From Chloroflexota bacterium (GTDB taxonomy: Bacteria > Chloroflexota > UBA11872 > VXOZ01), in the NCBI GenBank assembly GCA_965208315.1, contig OZ242329.1:704082-768081 (forward strand): DNA of 64,000 nt, read 5' to 3'. The position numbers and the translations under genes are program-made. The notes under the pieces were generated by a model, which was not told where the DNA came from, searched no databases, and worked only from the letters and a program-made list of their open reading frames with translations. Of this stretch, positions 9,311 to 21,763 are shown piece after piece. Numbering within the stretch: position 1 is the stretch's first letter; each line of letters opens with the position of its first letter.

Positions 9311-12300
9311 TCAGGTCGATGCAATTCCCTTCGATGCCGCTATCCAGTGGCGGCGGCGCTGGAAGGGATAGCTCGGCAGCCCGATGCGCCGCCGAGACTC
9401 CCCGGTGAAGAGTCCTTTGAGTGAGATTGTGAGGCCGGTTTCGTATGCCTTTGCCACCGCCTCGAGAAACCCACGGTCAGAGTCGCAGGGCGGACTATCG
9501 GCTGAAGGACGTAAAAGGCTCTCGATTATCACCGGCATGGGGGCGTTAGACGCCGCTCCGGTCTGAACCGGCCACAAGTCTTGTATGGTAGGAGTGAGCC
9601 CTGGCTGCGGACCAATCTCGATAACCAGGTCTACGCCCAGTTCCGCCAACGTTTCGATGCAGCTTTGGAGATTCGCTGTCTCACCTGCTTGCTGCTCCCA
9701 GTAGGTCCCCTCGAGCAATGCTTCCGGTTCTGCCACGCGCCCCGTTACGCTGCTCACCAGCGGTACGGACGGTTGTGCAGCCTCAACGCCCGCAAAGGCC
9801 GCGTTCAGTTCACTTGAGTTCACTGTATCCGCCTGACCGGCAGTGGCGGCTGTCGACAAAGCGCCTCGCGCTGCGGCAAGGCGCAACCCATCCTCAAGAC
9901 CGAATACACCCGCTGCTTGCGCTGCCGCAAGCTCGCCGAGGTCGTGGCCCACGACCACGCTCGGTTGAATGCCTATGCTCGCCCACAGCGCCGTGAGCGC
10001 GCACTCGAGCGCGTATACGGCCGGCTGCGCCCACGTTGGGTCGTCCAGATCTGCTGCGTCACCGGCCCGACCAAACATCACGTCCAACAACGAGGTACTG
10101 CATTCCTTCAAGAGAAAAGCGTCACAGCGGTCGAGAACCGCGCGAACCACGGGATCTTGATCGTAGAGCGCTTTGCCCATGCCAACCCATTGGCTACCCT
10201 GATCGGTAAACGCAAAGGCTACTGTACTTACTGCCCGCGGTTCAGGTTCCTCGAGGTCTCCTTCCGTTTCGGCGAGATCTTCTAACTGTTCTCGCAATTC
10301 CATAAAATCTTGGAACGTTAATCCTGCACGATGCGGGAAATGGCTGCGTCCGACGCTGGCAGTCCAAGCCATATCCGAGAGCAGGGAAGCAGCAGCGGGG
10401 TCTGCCGGGTCAAGAACCTTGGCATAGCCATCGAGCCAGGTCAAATAGCGTTCTGCCAACTGGCGCAGAGCCTGACGGGTCTTGCCGGAGAGAGGCAACA
10501 GCTTTGTTGATCGTTCAGATTGCGCCTCCGCTACGGGAATTTCTGCGGCATCTTCCGGCAAGGGAGCAGGAACCTCACGTGATGCGCCGGCCGGCCAGCG
10601 GTCATTGGCATGTTCGGCGGAATCATCTTCCGGCGCGCTGTAGCCTTCTACCACCACGTGCGCGTTTGCGCCTGAAATTCCAAAGACATTGACACTTGCG
10701 CGCTGTGGTTGCTTGGCAGCGCGAGGCCAATCCATGGCCTCGGACGTCACCCGCACCGGCAACCGCTCCCAATCGATGTCGGGATTCGGCGTGTGGAAGT
10801 TGAGGTGCCTTGGAATCAGCCCCCGATTCATTGCCAGGACAGTCTTGATCAGGCTGGCGACGCCGCCAGCCGCCTCCAGGTGGCCGATGTTCGTCTTGAC
10901 CGAGCCGATCAACAGGGGGTTTTCAGCCTCGCGGCCTCGGCCATAGACGTTGGCTGCGGCATTGAGTTCGACCGCGTCGCCCAATGCTGTGCCGGGGCCG
11001 TGGGCTTCAAAGTAGTCCACCTCGGCCGGTGCGATACCTGCCTGCGCCAATGCTTCCTCCATAGCGCGCTCTTGGGCCGGCCCGTTGGGTAGCGTGAGAC
11101 CCAAACCGGCGCCGTTCTGGTTCACTGCCGAACCACGCACCACGCCCCAGATGCGGTCGCCGTCCGCTTGAGCATCGCTCAGGCGCTTCAATATCACCAT
11201 GCCGCAGCCCTCGCCCCGCACGTATCCATCCGCTGATGCGTCGAACGTTCTGCACTGTCCGCTCAGCGAAAGCATGCCTGCGTCCGCCAAGAATCGCAGT
11301 ACTGACTGTGAAAGCGCCGCATTTACGCCTCCAGCCAGAGCCATGTCTATCTCGCCACGCTGCAAACTCGTAGCCGCTTGGTGCACCGCCACAAGCGATG
11401 CGGCGCAGGCCAACTCCAGCGGTACGGCCGGCCCTTCCAAACCGAGCGCAAAGGCAATCCGCCCCACGGTTACGCCGCCTGAAGTACCCAGGAAGTCATC
11501 GTCACTACCGCTGGCAGTAATGACGCTCCGATACTCACTGCCGCCAACTCCTGCGTAGACACCGGTGCGGCTCCCCCGTAGACTATCGGGGTCAATCCCG
11601 GCATCCTCGAGGGCTTGCCAGCTCGTCTCCAACAGCAGCCGCTGCTGTGGGTCCATCATGCGTGCCTCGATGGGAGAAATGCGGAAGAACCGCGAATCAA
11701 AGAGGTCAATTCCTTCCAGGAATGCCCCGTGTCGCATCGCAGCGTCTTTGGCCTCTGGGTCGCCGGCGATTCCGTTCCAGGATCCGGCGTCCTGACGCCC
11801 CTCTGTTACCATGTTTCGTTCCGATTGCATCAGCCTCCAGAAGCCATCAAGATCCTCTGCCCCCGGTACCCGGCACGCCATGCCGACAATGGCTATCCCC
11901 TCCTCTACGCTCGCAGCCTGCGGGCGCTGCTCCTGGACGGGCTGCTCGGGCAGTGTTGCCGGTACGTCAGCACCCGTGAATCCGTCGGCGCTGCCAAGTT
12001 CACCTGCCAGGTGGCGGGCAAGACCCGAGATACTCGGATAGTCGAAGACCACTGTATTGGATGCCACATACTCACCGGCAAAGCCGCGGTTGATGCGGTT
12101 GCGCAACTCTACCGCCATCAGCGAATCCATGCCCAAGTCGGAGAACTCGACGGTTGGCGCGGGAGTTGTGTTCAATCTCAGCACTGCTTGCACTTCCTGT
12201 TGCAGGAAGGCCGCCAGCACGTCCTCGCGCTCCGCCGGTGGCGCGTTCCGTAGCCGGGACAACAGGTCTTCCGACGTTGCTGCTTCATCGGCTTGCTCGT

Positions 12301-15300
12301 CAGTGGCCGAGGCGAGCAGGTCTTCCAAGAAAAGCGGACGATCCTCGACAGCCTCTGCAAACACCGACCAATCCATCGACATCACCACGGAGGTTGTGGC
12401 GTCCTGTCGCACCAGCAACTCAAGCGCCTTGATGCCTTGTTGCGGCGTAAACCAGCGACCGCCGAGGGCCGCCCGCCGCTGCTCGATCCGCTCGCGTTGT
12501 TCCGCGGCCTCGCCGATCTCCGACCACGCGCCCCAGGCAATGGCTTGTCCCGGCAGACCCAACGCGCGACGGTAGCCGGCAAGCTGGTCCAGAAAGGCAT
12601 TGGCCGCGGCATGGTTCGCCTGGCCGGGATTGCCCATGACACCGACCCGGCTCGAAAAGAGGATGAACAGATCCAGATCACAGTCCAGGGTTGCGCGGTG
12701 CAGGTGCCAAGCCCCCAGAATCTTCGGCCACAGCACGCGCTCGAAGCTCTCCCAGGTCTGGTTGGTAAGCGCGGCGTCCGACAGCACGCCCACACTGTGA
12801 ATGACACCGCCCAGTGGCGGCAAGCTGGCATCGATGCGCGCCAACATGGCGTCGATGGCTGCAGTATCCGTCACGTCTGCCAGTTCGACTTCGATCCTGA
12901 CCCCGCGATCACGCAGGGCAGCGATGGCTGCCTCCGCCTCGGCATCGGGATTACGGCGGCCGTTCAGCACGATTGTGCCCGCGCCGCAAGCCGCGAGCCA
13001 TTCCGCCACGGCGCAGCCGATGCCGCCCAGACCGCCGGTCACCAGGTAGGTGCGGTCCTGACGCAACTGACCCCGCAAGAGCGGAGGCGGCGTGAGCACG
13101 ATCTTGCCAATGTGCCGGGCTGAGCGCATGAATCCCAAAGCGGCTCCCGCCTCGGCCAGCGGCCAGCGGCTATGGATGAGCGGCGTGAGGTCACCGGATA
13201 CAATGCCATCCATGACCTCGCGCAGTACTTCCCCTACCCACGCCGGGTCGGTTTTCTTCAGAACATCCAGTTCCAGGATGTCGTACTTCACGTCCGGTCG
13301 GACGGCCGCCATCTCCTCGTGGCTGAGGATGTCCCGCCTGGCTAATTCGACAAAGCGTCCGCCCTGCGCCAGGCAGGCTAAACTGGCTTCGATAAAGCCC
13401 TCGCTTGTGAGGCTGTTCAGCACTACATGCACACCCTCGCCGCCGGTGGCTGCGAGGATTTCATCGCCAAACGCGGTCGTGCGGCTGTCGAAAATGTGGT
13501 TGATGCCGACTGACCGGAGATATGCCTGCTTTGGCGCGCTGGCCGTGGCGAATACTTCCACGCCGGCAGCTTGCGCCAACTGGATCGCTGCCAGTCCCAC
13601 GCCACCCGCGCCCGCATGGATCAGTACTCTGTCTCCCGGCTCCAGCCCGGAGTAATGGTATGACAGTGCAGCCGACACGAACGCGCTGGGCACGGTAGCC
13701 AACGCCGAGACTGACATGCCTTCAGGGGCCGGCGCCACCAACTCCTCATGCGTGACCATTTCCGGCGCAAATGCGCCGAAACCTAGTCCAACCACGCTAT
13801 CGCCGACGGACACATTCGAGACATCTGAGCCAACGTCGAGAATGCGACCGCACATCTCCCGGCCCAGATTGCCTTCCTCGATAAAGCCAAGCGAGCGGAA
13901 GACGTCCCAGAAATTCAGCCCGGTGGCCTCGACTGCGACGCGCACCTCATTCGGCTCCAAGGAGTGCGCGGGCAGCATCTTGATCTCCGGCTCGTCGAAC
14001 ACACCTCCTTTGTTAGGGACTAATACCCATTCCGATTCCTCTGGCAGGGAAAGGCGCTCAGACGCGGCAGCGGGCCGCAGCAGGCGTGCCGCATGACGGC
14101 TTCCCAACCGGTAGGCGATGTGGTTCTCGCGGTCGGGATACATGAGCTCATTCGCGAGGTCTGACAGCAGTTCAGGCTCGGCGGGATCCAAATCGATCAT
14201 CCGGGGCTGCAGATGCGGGGCTTCCAAGGATACAACCTTGCCGAGACCCCACAGAGGGGCGCCGGCCAGTTCGCCGGCGTTCTCGCGTTCCAACACTTGT
14301 GCCCCGCGCGTGAAAAACCACACACCGTTTGCGGGAATCACGTCGGATTCGGCCACACCTTGTACCAGCGCCAGCGCACTTGCTCCTGCGCGTTTCACGT
14401 CCGCCGCAATCTCTTGAGTGGTTGCTTCCGCTCCGTGACCGTCCAAGCCCGCGAGGTGCACTACGCCGCTGAATGGAACATCCTGCGGTAGGCTCTCGAT
14501 CAGCGTGCGCCACGCTTCACGAGACGCCATGTCAAATGCAGTTTTGCGAATCGCGTTGCCAACCACTGCCGTCACACCGCTTGCAGGCGCTGCGTCGCTT
14601 GCCAGGACGACTGTTTGATTTCGCTCCGCCAATTGCGCCGCGAGTTCTTCCGCCACGCTACCATTGTCTGCGGTCAGCACCCACACGCCGGGTGGTTCAT
14701 CAATCTTTGCCGGACCGGAAGCTATGATCACACCCTTATCCGGCGTCTTGGATGAGTCGGCCTCGTCCGGCCCTAAGACTTCCGCTTCCGCGAAACCTGC
14801 GTCACTCAGAGCTTGGCGCCACACCGCAGGGCTTGCCAAGGCGTGATGGGGGCGGTAGTCGTCGGCAAACCGCCACCAGCCGTCCAACTGTCCAAACGTC
14901 AGGTCCATCCAGCCCAGGCCGCTGAGATTCTCCAGCGCAATCAACTGTCCCGATGGCGCTAGCAGCGCCCGGCAATGCGCCAGCGTCTCTTCGAGATAGC
15001 GCGTGGCGTGCAGCACGTTGGAGGCAATCAATAGGTCATAGCCGTGGGCAGCGTAGCCCTGCTCGATGGGGTCTTTTTCAATGTCCAACGGACGGTATTC
15101 GATGCACCCGCCGCCATCGCCAAATCTCGCTTCCGCTTCTGCAAAGAAACCCGCTGAGATATCCGTGTACATGTAATCAAACTGGCCAGCAGGTAGCTCC
15201 GGCAGCACGGAGGCGGTTGCCGATCCCGTGCCCGCGCCGACCTCGATGACCCGCAGCCGCCGTCCTGTGGGCAGAGCGGCTACCAATGCCTGAACCGCGT

Positions 15301-18300
15301 CCGCCAGCATCCGGTTTGCCGCGCGGGCCACCGGCGCTTTCAGGTAGAGGTCGGCCGCCGTCGGTTCCCCGCTGCTGAAGAGCAGCGTCAAAGGGTCTTC
15401 CCGGCCGCGGAGCACCTCAGCCAGGGCGAGGCCGGACCGCCGGAAGAGGCCGATTTCAATCTGGCCCTGAGGGTATTGGCCTGTCATCCAATCTGTGAAT
15501 GCTTCAATGTCGCTTGGCATCTCTTCCGGCAGCGGATCATCCGGGCCTACGACGACGACAAAGCCGTCGCTCGTTTCCTCAAGCACTTCTGACTTTGCGA
15601 GCATTTCAAATAGCCGGCGGAAAAGGCGCGTGTGCTCCGGGAGGACGTCAAGCTGCTGCCGCACCTCCTCCGGGTCCACGACAGCGCCCTTGACGCGCTG
15701 CCAGCCCAATTCCTCTAACGTCGCGAGCGCGCGGGACCGAGACCAGCGCTCCAAGTCCGCCAGCAGGGCGTCTCTGCCTTGCGGATCGACTTCCGCGTCC
15801 GTCAGGTATCCGGTGAACAATTGCGTATGGGCCGCAATCTCGGACGGATTTGGGAAGAAGCCCGCAGGCAATACTCCAGACTCAAGCGCATGTTCGCGCC
15901 AGACGACCTCGTACAGCAGGTCGTCGACACCCTCTTCCCCTGCAACCGCCGCCAGCAAGGCCGCCTGTGTGGCGCGCTTCACCGTGTATCCGTTAATCTC
16001 ACCGACTAATGCGCCATTTGGATCGTAGATACGTACTTCGCCACTCAAGACTTCGGGCGGATCACCCCCTTCTGATTCGGCGTCCTGAGATGCTTCACTC
16101 ATGACCACGTGGCAGATCACGCGCTCCGGCAGTCCTCCGGCAAGCCACAGACGCTCCCAGCCGAAGGGCAAATAGGTTGCCTCGCCCGGGGCGCCGGTCA
16201 TGTTGCGTGCAACGCCTACGACCTGAAAGCAGCCATCCAGCACAAGCGGGTGCACGTCTAGGTCATTGCGATCCAAACCCTCGGGCAGGGAGATTTCTGC
16301 CAAAGCCTCGCCAGGACCGGACCAGACCTTGCCAAGCGTACGGAAGAACGGACCCAGGTTGATACCGGTTGCAGCCTTCGCGCCGTATAGGCAGATTTAT
16401 CAGCGGGTGAGAGACTTGCTCGCAGGCTATCCAGGTCAAGGTGTGCTGCGGTCTCCGGCGGTGCAGCGCCCGACGAGACTTGGGCCTCCACATGCAGGGT
16501 CCATTCGCCCTCAGTTCCCTTGCTGTAAATCTGGACGTGGCGCGACGCCGTTTCCTCTGATGCGTCGAGCAAAACCTGCACATGCCGGACCGCATCCTCG
16601 ACCCCGTCACTCGAGTCATTCTCAGCAAATACCAGTGGGCTGTGCAGTTGCATGTCTTCAATCGCTATCGGGCCGTTTCCATCCAGGAACGCTAACGCGG
16701 CTGCCATTGCGCCGTAGAGCGCCCCCGGTACCACGAGTCGTCCGAAGACGCGGTGGTCTTGCAGCCAGGCCGGGTCTGATGGGTATACTTCTGTCTCGAA
16801 GATGATTTCGCCGCGGGCTGATTCATGGCGAAGGCCGAGCAAGGGGTGATCGGTGGTTGTTCGCCGTCGTTTTGCCGGTTGCAGCCAGTGGCGTTCGCGC
16901 TGGAACGGGTAGCCCGGCAAGGAGATGCGACGCCGGGTCTCTCCGGCGAATAAGCCCGCGAAAGAGACTTCGAGTCCCGCCTCGTAGGCCGCGGCTACCG
17001 CATCCACAAAGCTATTTTCAGATTCAGGTGATGATCCATCTCGAGGCGGACGCCGCAGGCTAGAGAGCACAACCGGCGTCCCGACAGCATCTTGGTTCGA
17101 TGCCGCATCAGGCCAGGCCAGCGTCGTCATGGGGCCCAGCACGGCGTGCGGGCCTATCTCGATCACGAGGTCTACGTTGCATTCAGCCAAGACTCGGACT
17201 CCGCTGGCAAACGCCACTGGCTCGCGCGCGTGCCGCCGCCAGTAAGCGCCGTCCAGCGCCATGCCGGAATCGACGGCACTGCCAGTCAGGTTGCTGATCA
17301 CAGTCAAGGTGGGGGAACCAATTGCCACATCATCCAGAGCAGCTTCCAACTCATCCAGGGCCGGTTCCACCAAGGGACTGTGGAAAGCGCGGGTCGTGTT
17401 GAGCCGCCGTACCCGTACCCCCTCCGATTCAAAGCGCTTCACGAGAGATTCAATGTTTGCAACCGGCCCGCTGACCACTGTGTGGGCGCCGTTGTCCGCC
17501 GCAAGGCTGAGACCGATGCCGTCGGACACCGCGTTGAGATCGTCAACCGCTGCCGCCACGCGCGACGCCGGGGCAAAGACGGCAGCCATCGTACCGGGTT
17601 CTGTTTCGGACAGGAGGGTGCCGCGCCGCGCGGCAAACCGCATCCCGTCTTCCAGGCTGAAGACGCCCGTGGCCTGTGCGCGGCCAGTTCCCCGACGCTA
17701 TGTCCCAGCACCACGCTCGGTTGGATGCCCACGCTTGCCCAGAGCGCCGTCAAAGCGCACTCCAGCGCGTACAAGGCCGGCTGCTCCCACGCGGTATCGC
17801 CCAAGTCGTCGCTCGCGCCGGGCCGCCCGAACATAACGTCCAGGAGAGAGGCACCTCTTTCTTCCTGGAATACCGCTTCACAACGGTCCAGCACCGCTCT
17901 CGCTACCGGCTCCGTCTCGTAGAGGGCCTTGCCCATGCCAACCCACTGGCTCCCTTGCCCCGTGTAGACGAACGCCACTTGAGATGGCGGTGAGGACTTC
18001 TCTGTAGCGGTGGCCTCAGTCAGCTCGCTGAGCCGCTCTTTCAATGAGGCGATGTCGTGAAAGACGGCGCTCGCACGGTGGTCGAAGTGGCCCCGTCCGA
18101 TACCCGCTGTCCATGACATGTCCGCAAGCAAAGACTCCAAGTCTGCGACTTCTTCGGAAGTCTCTGCCGCCCGTTCGTCGAGCCACGCGAGATACCGTTG
18201 CGCAAGTTCCCGGAGCGCGCCCTCGGACTTGGCCGACAGTGGCAGGAACCGGGCTTGGCGTTGTGCAAACTCTTCCTGTTGCGGGGCTGAAGCGGTCACT

Positions 18301-19754
18301 GGCTCAGGTAGCGAGACCGCCACAGCCTGTGCCGCGCCCGCCGTCTGAAGCTCCTGACTGGGTTCACCGTTTGTGCCGCGATACTCCCCCACCACAATGT
18401 GGGCATTCGTCCCGGAAATCCCGAAAGAATTCACCCCCGCGAGGCGCGGCCGTTGGCGGTCTTGCGGCCAGTCCATCATGTCTGATGTTATCTGCAGCGG
18501 CAGACGCTCCCAGTCCGTACTGGGATTGGGGTCACGGAAGTGCAGGTGTTTGGGAATCACCCCTGTATTCACCACCAGCGCCGCTTTGATGACCCCTGCG
18601 ATGCCGGCCGCGGATTCCAAGTGGCCGACGTTTGTTTTCACAGAGCCTACGAGCAACGGATGGTTGGGGTCGCGCTCGCGGCCGTACACATTGGCCACGG
18701 CATCTATTTCGATGGGATCGCCAACGGCGGTTCCTGTGCCGTGCGCCTCAAGATAATCGACCTGCGAGGGGAGTACGCCTGCGTCAGCCAAGGCGGTTTC
18801 CATCACTTGTTCCAACGCGGGCGTGTGTGGAACGGTCAGGCCGACGCTGGCGCCGCCGTGATTTACCGCTGAGCTGCGAATCACCGCCCAGATGCGATCC
18901 CCGTCAGCCTCCGCCTCGCTGAGCCGCTTCAAGACAACGACCCCGCAGCCTTCGCCTCGCACGTAGCCGTCCGCAGAGGCATCGAAGGTCTTGCACTGGC
19001 CTTCCGGGGACAGCATCATCGACTCGGCGCGCAATTCGTAAATGCGACCGTTTAAAATGGCCTGCACGCCGCCCGCGATGGCGAGGTCCGCTTTGCCGTG
19101 CTGCAGGTCTGCCACCGCGTCATTTACGGCCACCATGGCTGAGGCGCACGCAGCGTCCACAGCCTTTGCCGGTCCCATGAGACCCAGAACAAAGGAGACT
19201 CGACCGCTGGTGCCATTGAGGTTGGTGCCGCTCAGGGCGTAGAGAGAGCCCGCAGCCTCGCCAGGCTTGGTGGAGTCTACGACCAGCATGCGGTATTCAT
19301 CGTTGCTGATGCCGGTGTACACCCCGGTGCGGCTGCCTTTCAGTCGGCTGGGATCGATGCCCGCGTCCTCGAGGGCGAGCCAGCTTGCCTCAAGCATCAT
19401 GCGTTGCTGTGGGTCTAGCATCTCGGCCTCAACCGGCGAAATGCGGAAGAACTCCGCGTCAAACTTGTCGATGTCATCGACAAAGGCACCGAAGCGGCAT
19501 GCCTGGTTTTGCACGTCAAGATCGCGGAAGATTTCCCCCATGCGACCCTCACCGGAAGCGAGGTCGCCTTCGGTGACCGCATTCTTGCCATCTAGCAGGA
19601 ACTGCCAGAAGGAGTCCAAGTCACCGGCGCCGGGAAAGCGGCACGCCATACCGACAATGGCAATTGGTTCGTCAGGTTGTGAAGTATTCTTATTCACAGG
19701 ACGCGGCCGGCTAGTCGCGTGTGTAGGGCTACTTTGAATATCAGCTGACCCCAT
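9311..19754 (-). CDS. type I polyketide synthase, KS-AT-DH-cMT-ER-KR-ACP-KS-AT(degenerate); reading frame interrupted by two apparent 1-nt indels (possible pseudogene or sequencing errors)
   Basis: Three overlapping minus-strand ORFs form one gene (17439-19760, 16258-17643, 9311-16303). Motifs: KS DAACAS/EAHGTGT/NVGHLE; AT GHSVGE then AFHSPL; DH HRVFGRLVVPG and LDGCFQ; MT VIEVGAGTG; ER HAGAGGVG; KR TGGLGGIG; ACP LGMDSL; KS2 ELACAAS/EAHGPGT; AT2 GHDLGE. Likely start ATG 19754 after GAAAGG. Confidence 0.85.
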
Positions 19755-19943
19755 TGTCAACCTTTCATGGCGTATGCACTGAGCGCTGCGACAGCTCTTT
19801 TGCTTGCTATCGAGCGGATGTGTGATTCGGCTATATTAGTGCAGGGCACGTCGCACATTTGGCGACAACAGCTTTAGAGGTATTTTACACCGAATTGCTG
19901 CCTTGATTCGAGGGTGCTTTTATACCAAAGCAGCGTGAGGCGA

Positions 19944-19990
19944 CATAAAGACCCCCAAGCCGGAAGCATCCGCCATCCGGCTTGGGGGCC
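19944..19990 (-). terminator. intrinsic terminator of SBP gene
   Basis: 12-bp GC stem CCCCCAAGCCGG...CCGGCTTGGGGG followed by a U-rich tract on the minus strand. Confidence 0.5.
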
Positions 19991-20022
19991 TAATCCTCGA
20001 CCGAGCAGGTCAGAGGTTGCTT

Positions 20023-21420
20023 CTATTCGTTATAGAATTCCTGAATAGATGGCTCCTGGAGCACAGCGTCCCAGCGCGCGGCGACGTTATCGAGCGCGTC
20101 GCGGGCGTCGAGTTCGCCGGCGCCGGCTTTCGCCAACTCTTCCAGGATGATGGGGCGCATCTTGTCCCAACCGGGAATGGGTTGGCGGCCGAGGCCGACG
20201 TTTTGGAGATTGCTGAGCAAGCCGGACAGGAAAGCATTCTCCTGCACATACGGGGCCTTGTTTGCCACGGAGACGCGCGGCGGCAAGTAGAACGTCAACT
20301 CGTCATAGGCGATGAGGACGTCGTCCTCATGTACCGTGAGCAAGAGGTCCCACGTCACGTCCGGGTTCTTGGTAGCGGCGCCCATGCCCAGCCAGTCGTT
20401 GAACGAGAGGCTGACAGCCCGCTGGTCGCCCATGGGCTCAGGCGCAACGAGAATTTGGTCAACGTCTTCCGGCGCATCAGTTGAAACACGGCGGCCGATG
20501 GCGGCGTTACCCCAGATCATGGAGACATAGCCGCCGGCAAAGCCCGCACCGTAGCCACTGAATTCCGGACCGACATACGATGAGCCATGAGGATTGAAAC
20601 CGAGCTTGCGACGCAACTGGAATTCCAGCCCCGCGATAGCTTCCGGACCGTTCACAAAGCCCTGTGCCTTGCCATTGGTGACCCATTGCACGCCATTCGA
20701 TTCGACAATGCCGTTCAATTCGGCTTCTTCGGGATCACGGCCGAGATTGCCCGGACTGAAACCGTAGCGCTCGATCTCCTTGCCCAGTACCTTCCACTTT
20801 GTCATCGTGGTGGCGAAGTCGGCTTGGTCGTCCATAGTCCACGCTTCAGGCGGCGTCAATCCCGCCTCCGCCATGTGGTCGTCGCGAAGCCAATACGAGC
20901 GATTGGCCGCCATCATGGGCATGCCCTGCAACTGCCCCTTCACGCGGACGGTATCCAGTGTGCTGGGCAGGAAGTCCGGCTCCATGCCCCAGGTGGCAAA
21001 GTACGGATTGAGCGGGATGGAAAGCCCCGCCATATAAATGGACGGCGCAATCGCCTGCCCCATCTTGAAGAGATCGGGCATCTGTCCGGCGGCCAAGCCA
21101 ACCGAGAGCTCCACAAACGTGTGCGCCTGGCCCCCCGTGCGGGGCGTGAAGACGACCTGACCGTTCGGGTACTTCGCCTGAAAGCGCTCGTTCAGAATGC
21201 CTTCCGCCCACTCTTGCCAGCGCCCGCCATCCTGCACGCTCAGTGTGACTTCCTCCGTCTTTGGTCCTGCTTCCGCGGCCGGCTCCGCAGCCTGCGGCTG
21301 ATCCCCATCCATCTCTGTAGACGACATTTGGGCCTGACCGCAGGCCGCCAGGAGCCCAATCGCACCTACTGTCACGCCCGATCCCAGCAGACCACGGCGC
21401 GTAATGTGCAAGCTTCGCAT
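20023..21420 (-). CDS. ABC transporter extracellular solute-binding lipoprotein (sugar-type), Tat/lipobox signal
   Basis: RRGLLGSG twin-arginine motif plus LLAACG lipobox. Family 1 SBP-like length. AAGGAGAG RBS. Confidence 0.7.
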   Translation of the reverse strand: MRSLHITRRGLLGSGVTVGAIGLLAACGQAQMSSTEMDGDQPQAAEPAAEAGPKTEEVTLSVQDGGRWQEWAEGILNERFQAKYPNGQVVFTPRTGGQAHTFVELSVGLAAGQMPDLFKMGQAIAPSIYMAGLSIPLNPYFATWGMEPDFLPSTLDTVRVKGQLQGMPMMAANRSYWLRDDHMAEAGLTPPEAWTMDDQADFATTMTKWKVLGKEIERYGFSPGNLGRDPEEAELNGIVESNGVQWVTNGKAQGFVNGPEAIAGLEFQLRRKLGFNPHGSSYVGPEFSGYGAGFAGGYVSMIWGNAAIGRRVSTDAPEDVDQILVAPEPMGDQRAVSLSFNDWLGMGAATKNPDVTWDLLLTVHEDDVLIAYDELTFYLPPRVSVANKAPYVQENAFLSGLLSNLQNVGLGRQPIPGWDKMRPIILEELAKAGAGELDARDALDNVAARWDAVLQEPSIQEFYNE

Positions 21421-21763
21421 AATGCATCTCTCCTTGAACTGGAGTTTGAAAACGCCCCACTCTCAACAGGCAATGGGTAGTGGGGGACAAAGCATTGCCA
21501 CTGCCTTGCGAAAACTATACTAAGCCAACACTAAGCCAGTCAAGACTTGCCAACCGGGGCTCGGCAAAATGCGGCGAGCGACATTGCAGTGCCATGACAG
21601 CTCCGGATCCCAAGAGACATGGCGCGGAGCCAATGCGCGCCGCTATGTGGAATCCCAGAAGTTACGATGACCACAGGCGTTCGGCTCGTCTGTTTGCCTC
21701 GCTCCAGGTGCCCTGCTACACTCAGGCCAGCATTTAGCGCTCTATGATGAGGAGATTGCGGGA

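Noticed and set aside
16258-16303. Possible programmed ribosomal frameshift in the PKS
   Set aside because: No slippery heptamer or downstream structure at either site. A simple indel is more parsimonious.
9384-19737. Dozens of plus-strand ORFs (60-276 aa) overlapping the PKS gene
   Set aside because: They lie antisense to a gene with continuous strong domain homology. Long antisense ORFs are expected at about 65% GC. They have no RBS and no motifs.
20587-21490. 297-aa plus-strand and 214-aa minus-strand ORFs inside the SBP gene
   Set aside because: Shadow ORFs. The SBP reading frame has a Tat/lipobox signal and an RBS.
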